Source: the human T2T-CHM13v2.0 reference genome, Homo sapiens. From it: a DNA stretch of 64,000 nt. The DNA lies in assembly GCF_009914755.1 (NCBI RefSeq), contig NC_060939.1; one strand, given 5' to 3'. The notes below the pieces were generated by a model. The model did no database searches. It was not told the origin of the DNA and saw nothing but the letters and a program-made list of their open reading frames with translations. Positions 49,780-64,000 of this stretch are shown piece after piece. The number at the start of each line of letters is the position of its first letter. Position 1 is the first letter of the stretch. Both the position numbers and the translations under genes were made by a program.

Positions 49780-50180
49780 GTCGGGGCTTGGCTTATGGAG
49801 ATGCCTCGTGAAACACAGCTGGGCAAGTATTAATGTATATGGAACAGCCTGGATTTCTGCATATGGATAAGCCACCTTGGAATAGGAAGAGGTGTTGAGC
49901 CTGGACTGTGGGAGGAAAGAGCTGCGTGGATAGATTCAAACTTCCTGTGGTAGTGCTCCCAGTCTGACCTCTGTAGACCTTCAGTACTCACTCTTCTTGC
50001 TTAGGCTCTCTGTGTGTTGAAAGCCATCCCGTGTTGCATGTGTTGTTACAATTTTCTGTGATACTTGCAATTTATGTTTGAGAAGAAGTGAAAAGTTTGC
50101 CTTCTGACCTCATTTCCTTCTTGATCAGTGAACACTAACATTTTGGGGACAACTTAGTCAATTGGTTTTCCTTACAACAA

Positions 50181-50186
50181 AATAAA
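50181..50186 (+). terminator. NGRN: NGRN proximal polyadenylation signal (duplicate at 50986-50991)
   Basis: AATAAA about 400 nt after the stop, with a GT-rich downstream element. Confidence 0.8.
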
Positions 50187-50512
50187 GTAAAATGTAGCAG
50201 TCTGCCTCTTTGGTGCTCTTTGGGGTGGGATGGTTTACCTGTGAACCTTGGAGAGAGGGAAGGACAAAGGCAGAAAGGAAGGATCCCTGGTCAGTAAACA
50301 TTGGGAGAGAGATGGAACCAGAGGAATTTCCCAGCAAAGGGCTCTGTGCAGAGCATCCTGCTTAGTGAGGGATTCTGACAACTGAAAACTGGACGCCTTT
50401 CTTTTAGTTGCTGGGGTTCTGGCAGAGATTGGGAAATGAGGGGTTGGCAGAAAATACAAAGCAGGCAAAGGCTTTAGGGCCCTTATAATCTCCAGCCACA
50501 TTTTAAAGTTTA

Positions 50513-50665
<153 letters not shown>

Positions 50666-51503
50666 CTAAATAAAATCAATCGATCTTCAATTATGTCTCA
50701 TTATACAGTTTACTTAACCAGATTTTTACAATGGTGCCATGGTGTAGGCAATCCCGGATTAAGAGGTCCCTTTTACAAATAAGGAAATAGACTTTAAGAT
50801 GGCTGCCAGTAAGTGGCAGTGCTGGGACTTAACTCGGGTCTCATCATTAATCCAGGGCTTCTGGAATTCCGGGAATATGGCACTGTCTGCCATAATTTTG
50901 TTAATTTACTGCTTGTTTTAGAAATACATCTGTTATAACTAGAAATTCGGGGACAGCTTAGTCAATTTGTTTTCCTTACAAGCAAAATAAAGTAAAATGT
51001 AGCAGTCTGCTCATTAGTGCTCTGGTGGGATGGTTTACCTGTGAACCTTGGAGAACCATGTCCTGCTTTCACAATTTACCAGGAAAAATGGCTACTCCGA
51101 ATTTAAATATATGTAGGACATTAATGGAAACACCTACATTCCAACTCAGTCATTGCCACTCTGTAGAATCTTACTGCTATTTCAAATGTCCAATTACAGC
51201 AATTAAAATACTGATTACTGTTGCTTTTATCAATTATTATTGATAACTTGAGGATCTGTTCTCAGTATAAATGACAAAGCCCTGTCACATGCCAAGCAAA
51301 ATTCTACGATCCAGATGCTGGTAATACAACAGTGGGCAGATAGGACCTTTGCTGTCACTGCCCTGTCACTATCATGTAGTTCATAGTAGAAGCTTATCAG
51401 TATTTTTATGGTTTTGTTATATTTATGGTATTTAATTGTTAAAGATGTGTTAGATGCTGTTTGATTGTTTAAATTTGCATTTCTCACTCCTGCAAATATC
51501 TGA

Positions 51504-52708
<1,205 letters not shown>

Positions 52709-53038
52709 TCAAATACCATGTCTACCCTTCTTCCTGCTTTACTTCATCTATTACACAAGTAATACATACTCATTAAAGAAAAAGACAAGCAAAATGAAAA
52801 CAAAAGTCATCCCTGATCCCACCAGTGAAGAGTTACTATCCTACCAACATTTTTCTAAGCATATGTACAACTTTAAGACAAGCACGAAAGAATAATACTG
52901 TGCCAGGCGCGGTGGCTCACGCCTGTGGTCCCAACAGTTTGGGAGGCCGAGGCGGGTGGATCACTTGAGGCCAGGATTTCGAGATTAGCTTGGCCAACAT
53001 GGTGAAACCCCGTCTCTACTAAAAATACGAGAATTAGC

Positions 53039-55611
<2,573 letters not shown>

Positions 55612-56391
55612 TAGAATTAGCCAGGTATGGTTGCACAGGCCTGTAATCCCAGCTACCCGGGAGGCTGAGGCAGGAGAATCACCTGAACCTGAGAGGCAGA
55701 GGCTTCAGTGAGCCGAGGCCACACCACTGCACTCCGGCCTTGGTGACAGAGACTCTGCCTCGAAAGATAAAAATAATAATGAAAGTAATATTGGGATTAT
55801 ACTGTACATTCTTTCTTACATGTATGGTGAATATATTTTGACAATAAATATCTTTACATCAGTTAAAATAACCACCTCATATTTTGTTTTATGGAATATA
55901 ATATTATTTTGTTGTATGAAGTCAAATATTAGATTGAACCATATATCTGACCATTTTTTACCTATAAAAATAGCAGTTACCTGTAGTCCCAGCTACTTAG
56001 GAGGCTGAGGCAGGAGAATCCCTTGAGCACAGGAGTTCAAGGCTACAGTGAGCTATATAATTATTCTTTTGTTGTGGGACATTTTGGTCATTTCTAAATT
56101 TTCACCACTGTTGTGATAAACCTCTTTTAGCGAATCTTTTTTGTCTTTTTTATTGACATATAACTTTATCATTTCCTTAGAATTCCCAGAATTAGAATTG
56201 GTGAGTCAAAGAATAGATACTCTTTTTTTTTTTTTTTTTTTTGAGACAGAGTCTCGCTCTGTCACCCAGGCTGGAGGGCAGTGGCATGATCTTGGCTCAC
56301 TGCAACCTCCGCCTCCTGGGTTCAAGTGATTATCCTGCCTCAGCCTCCCAAGTAGCTGAGATTAAAGGCACCTGCCACCACGCCCAGCTAA

Positions 56392-56696
<305 letters not shown>

Positions 56697-56808
56697 CTAA
56701 AAAAAAAAAAAAAATTAGGCCGGGCGCGGTGCCTCACGCCTGTAATCCCAGCATTTTGGGAGGCTGAGGCGGGCAGATCACGAGGTCAGATCGAGACCAT
56801 CCTGGCTA

Positions 56809-57018
<210 letters not shown>

Positions 57019-58150
57019 TTAGCCCAGCATGGTGGCCCTTGCCTGTGGCCCCAGCTGCTCGGGAGGCTGAGGTGGGAGGATCACTTGAGGCCAGGGGGTT
57101 GAGGCTGCAATGAGCCACGACTGTGCCACTGCACTCCAGCCGGAGTGACAGAGCAAGACCCTGCCTCAAAAGAAAAAAAAAGTTTGATAGGGCATGTGGA
57201 ACAAGAGACAGGACCTGAGGGAAGAGCATGAATGAAGGTATTGAAGAGTAGAGGGACACTGTGTGTTGGGAACTGAGTGGTGTGGACTGCACAGTGGTGG
57301 GAGGAAGGGAAGAGGAGAGTTTCCAAAAAATAGTTGGGACCAGACTGGGAAAGGCCTTGAATGCCTTCCCAAGGAGTTAGGAATTTATTCCACACCTGGT
57401 GCCCATGAAGGAAGCAGATTGCTTCAAGGTTAAGCTCAGGCTTTGGAGACAGACTCTCCAGGTTTGGATTCAGGCCCTGTCACTTATTTGCCATGGGGCT
57501 GAGTTCACCCAGCCTCAGTTTCTTCATCTGTAAAATAGGAGTGATAATCACAGGATTGTTGTGGGGTTTCAATGAGAGAATGCGTGTAAAATGTTTCGTA
57601 CAATTACTGCCACTTATTTCTCAATAATTGCTGGCTTTGGTCATTAATAAAAGAGGGAAACAACATTATCAGATCTGTATTTAGAAGGAGTCTGGCAGAT
57701 AGGGACAGATTTGGGCCAAAATCTCAAGCCAGTATTTTTCAAGGGTACACTAAACCTTGGTACATATCTAATTATAATACATTTTTTAAAAGGGTTAAGT
57801 GAGTACAATTGAAACGGCAGAGTTCTTTTTTTTTGTTTGTTTGTTTTGAGACAGAGTCTAACTCTGTTGCCTAGGCTGGAGTACAACGGCACGGTCCTGG
57901 CTCACTGAAACCTCCGCCTCCCAAGTTCAAGCAATTATTCTGCCTCAACCTCCCAAGTAGCTAGGACTACAGGCACGTGCCACCACACCTGGCTAATCTT
58001 TGTATTTTTAGTAGAGATGGGGTTTCACCATGTTGGCCAGGCTGGTTTCGAACTCCTGACCTCGTGATCCACCCACCTTGGCCTCCCAAAGTGCTGGGAT
58101 TACAGGCATGAGCCACCATGCCCAGCCAGTTGTTTTTTTAGGAAAGTCAT

Positions 58151-58555
58151 TGTAGTACACATGGCTAGCCACACATGGCAGGCGTGCTGGCACCCAGAGA
58201 AAGAGAAAGCCAAAGCTGTCCATCTTGCAGACCGACAGGAGGGAGCCAGGACACAGCTGGGCTTGCTCGTGCCCAGAGAGAAAGAGTTAAGCTTCTTAAC
58301 CTGAAGGCAAGGGAGAGTCGGCTGCACAGCTGTGTTGGGGGGCAGCTGGCTCAAGCAGCTGAGACAGGGCTAATAGTGTTAAGAGTAAGCTGCTAATAAG
58401 AGAGCTAGTGTAAGAAAGCTGTTAATGAGAGCTGCTGCTGAATAAAACTATCTTTCACCTGCCTACAGCCCCCCCACCCGGAATATTCTTTCTGCTTACC
58501 CACCCACTCCCCTCAGACTTCAGCATGGGCAGGACCTGGACCCTGGGATCTGACA
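58151..58555 (+). mobile_element. ERV solo LTR, possibly partial (LTR18/ERVL-like)
   Basis: TG...CA ends, internal GCTGCTGAATAAAAC poly(A) region at 58441-58446, LTR-like U5. The family assignment is from memory only. Confidence 0.6.
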
Positions 58556-59549
58556 CACATCTCTACTAAAAATACAAAAATTAGCCAGTATGGTGGCACA
58601 TGCCTGTAATTCCAGCTACCAGGGTGGCTGAGGCATGATGATCACCTGAACCCAGGAGTCAGAGGTTGCAGTGAGCTAAGACTGTGTCACTGCACTCTAG
58701 CCTGGGCAACAGAGCCTGACCCTGTGTCAAGACAAAAAAAACTTAAAGACCATTTGTCCAGTATAAACTCTTTCAAAATATATACTCAAGCATAGAAAAA
58801 AAGTCTAGAAATGTCATCAATGGTAATTTCAGGAAAGAATTTTAAGGTGACGTTTTTTGGTTATCTGCATTTTTTTTTCTTTTATTTTTTTGAGATAGGG
58901 TCTTGCTGTGTCACCCAGGCTGGAGTGCAGTGATGCGATCAGGGCTCACTGCAGCCTTGACCTCCCAGGCTTAAGCCATCCTCCCACCTCAGTCTCCTGA
59001 GTAGCTGGGACTACAGGCGCAAGCCACCACACCTGGCTAATTTTTGCATTCTTGTATTTTTTGCAAAGATGGGGTTTTGCCATGTTGCCCAAGCTGGTCT
59101 CAAGCGATCCGCCCACCTTGGCCTCCCAGAGTGCTGGGATTACAAGTGTGACCTATGTGTGCCAGGCCTACGTTTTCTTTTCTGTAATGACCATGACCAT
59201 GGATTTCATGTACCAACATTTTTCTAGCAATAATATTTACAAAGCATACTATGAAAAATGTTCAGAGAAAAAGAAGAATACACAACTGTAAAAATCATAT
59301 ATAACTAGTTTTCTTTTTGTTTGTTTTTAAAGCCAAAAAAGAAACAAAGTATAGATTGTCCAGGAAGATAGTTACTTCCACTTTGTGTTTCTCTGGTGAA
59401 CTCATTAGGAACTCTAAAAAGTTCCAGGAGGGCTGGGCATGGTGGCTCATGCCTGTAATCCCAGCACTTTGGGAGGCCGAGGTGGGCAGATCACGAGGTC
59501 AGGAGATTGAGACCATCCTGGCTAACACGGTGAAACCCTGTCTCTACTA

Positions 59550-59792
<243 letters not shown>

Positions 59793-61434
59793 TTAACAAC
59801 TTACATTATCACCAGCAAGGTCTTTGACTATATGAGCAAGTCTCACGTTAAAGCATTTCTCATTTGACATTAGCTGCCCAGCTTTCCGCTGATACGTTGA
59901 CTCCAGGAGGCTCCTTGAGTTCTGAGTGTTTGGCTGGCCTCTGGTGGCCCCATTATTATTTTCTGCCAGGTGAAGGTCAGTCACCTGCACACAGATCTCA
60001 TCACTCATGATATGCTGCAGCTGGAATCAAAGGCAAGCTGTTAGTGAACACAAAACATTTCTCCATTACACAGTCAACGTTCCTTTGACTCAACTCAAAA
60101 AAGGTTTTGTTTTTTTTTTGGCTGGCAATTTTAGAAAATTCATCACACAAACCACTGTATCATTTTCTCGGACAATAATCAATCCAAGATTTTCAACCAT
60201 ATCTGTGGTCCATTGTAAAACTTTCATCTCTATTTAAAATAAAAATCATAGAGAACTCAGGTTAATGTGCTGTTTAAAATTCTAAGGATCTTTAAATAAT
60301 TTTCCATGGGTCATATTTTTATTGCATTTTAAAATCATTTACAATTTGCTTTCATCCATATTCTCTCTCATTTGATCCTCACAACTGCCCTGGGAAGCAG
60401 GTTGGAGAGAGAGTTGGGCCTGTTAGGAGAGAAATTTACACAGTGCATAAGAAAGCTCACTGTGAGCTGGGGTGAGGAGGGGAGACTTGGAGAATCGTGA
60501 AGCAATATCTATGTCAAGATTCCCAGCCCAACAGCAAAGCCTGAAACTCATTAGGTATTTAAGAAATAGCTGCTGAGTTATTGCCTAGAGGTGCTCAGCT
60601 GAAGAAGGAGGGTTGGGACTAACAGTCAAGCTTCCTAACTCCTACCCCAATACTTTTCCAAACACACCACCTATTTTTCCATATCTGATAGAAAGTAAAG
60701 TGCTTAAGTTGTACATAATATTAACTCACTTTCCCTACAGGCCAATCATGATTGACTATCAGTAGCTTTTGTGGCAATCTTAGGAAACTAATGACTAGAA
60801 AGCTGAACCTTTCAGAGTTCCCATTCTCATGGCATATGCTATTTCTATTTTGAAATAAAAATCCTTCCAAATGAAACTTTACCCATCAAAATCACAGAGA
60901 AGTGAAAAATAGATACAAGAAGAAAGCAGAACGTTAACTTAAATATCGATTTGTCTGTTTCGCTTTAAAATTGTCATAACCACCAAGCCATTCTATTTTT
61001 AGGAAGCTACATTCTTTTTGAAGTGTTAGGAACTATGATAACTATTTCTTCTTAATTATAAGCCCTAAATGACCAGTATGTGTATTAGTAGATAACTGGA
61101 CACAGAGCAAGGTCAGAAGGGTGACTGAGTGTGGCAGAAAGGGCAGTATCCCCAGCAACTACAGATGGATAAATGACAATGAGTCCAGATAATGGATTCT
61201 GATACAACCATTCAGATAATGCTTATGAGTACTTGATAACAGGGAAAAGCTTAAGATACAGTGTTTTAGAGAGAAAAAAGGCAAGTTGGAAAAAAATGTA
61301 TGGAAAGCATGACTTCAGTCATGCATAGAGATGCTTGCTTCTACTTTAAACTTTTTTTTTTTTTTTTTTTTTTTGAGACAGGGTCTCGCTCTGTCGCCCA
61401 GGCTGGAGTGCAGTGGCATGGTGATCTCGACTGA

Positions 61435-61539
<105 letters not shown>

Positions 61540-62319
61540 TAGTAGAGATGGGGTTTTGCCATGTTGCCCAGTCTGGTCTCAAATTCCTGAGTTTAAGTAA
61601 TCCGGCTGCCTCGGCCTCCTAAAGTGCTGGGATTACAGGCGTGAGCCACCGCCTCTACTTTATACTTTCTTGTTGAAGTAGACTGTACTACTGATTCCCT
61701 ACCCACACCCTCTTTTTGGATATCCAGCTCCTCCTCGAGTCTCTGGAAAGGGCAGCACTACAAATCCAGGGACAACTAGGGAACTCCCACCCCCACTGCT
61801 AGGCAGATCAGAATCTTTATCCTGCTAATTGGAAATGACACAGAGAGTGTTCGATAGATTTTTTGCAGAGGAGCATCTGTATGGAAAGGTCCAGTAACAC
61901 TGGGACCAGGGGTACTGCCAGGGCAAGCCAAAGTCTCAGCGGCTGGAGGAGCCTGGAGCACGTGCCGAACGTCCATCTGCAAAGCAAAGCACAAGCATGG
62001 AGCAGAAGTCCAGAGTGAAGGCATGCAGGAGAGGAAAATCACCTCCCAGCACAGTCCTTCCATGGTGTGGTCATATATTGAGTTCTGTACTTAGATGTCT
62101 GTGAGATTGCCTATTGTATTCTTAATACAGATCCCTCTTAAGCCAGCCTAGAATAGGTTAAGATAAATGTAATGACTTGACTTGGCTGGAGTGCAGCGGC
62201 ATGATCATGGCTCACGGCAGCCTCAACTTCTGGGCTCAGGTGATCCTCCCACTTCAGCCTCCTGAGTAGCTGGGACTATGGGCATGAGCCACCATGCCTA
62301 GCTAATTTTTTGTATTTTT

Positions 62320-63628
<1,309 letters not shown>

Positions 63629-64000
63629 AATTTTTTGTATTTTTAATACAAACAGGGTTTCGCCATGTTGCCCAGGCAGGTCTAGAACTCCTGGACTCGA
63701 GCGATCTGCCTGCCCTGACTCCCAAATTGCTGTGATTATAGGCGTGAGCCACCGCACTCAGCCTTGACTTTGAAATATATGTTGTGGGACTGGCGCGGTG
63801 GCTCACGCCTGTAATCCCAGCACTGTGGGAGGCCAAGGCGGGCGGATCACGAGGTCAGGAGATCGAGACCATCCTGGCTAACACGGTGAAACCCTGTCTT
63901 TACTAAAAAATACAAAAAATTAGCCGGGCGTGGTGGCGGGCGCCTGTAGTCCCAGCTACTCGGGAGGCTGAGGCAGGAGAATGGCGTGAACCCGGAAGGC

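Overview
Human (primate) genomic DNA, very Alu-dense, recognisable as the 15q26.1 cluster. In order: the last 7 coding exons and 3' UTR of SEMA4B (+); complete CIB1 (-), sharing a CpG-island bidirectional promoter with GDPGP1 (+, single coding exon); the tubulin polyglutamylase gene TTLL13/TTLL13P (+, 14 coding exons); NGRN (+); a processed PERP retrocopy (+) and a processed NIFK retrocopy (-). Gene identities come from recalled protein sequences, and exon models were built by hand from GT/AG boundaries and reading phase. Most ORF-track entries are Alu artefacts. I found no wholly new gene system. The best leads are: (1) a duplicated poly(A) cassette in CIB1's last intron, with an 80-codon in-frame read-through ending in a hydrophobic tail; (2) a three-AG acceptor in TTLL13 where the in-frame stop TAG is itself the acceptor needed for the 815-aa protein; (3) an in-frame TTLL13-NGRN splice route; (4) a PERP retrocopy kept open end to end by two pairs of compensating frameshifts; (5) both retrocopies inserted into Alu linkers.
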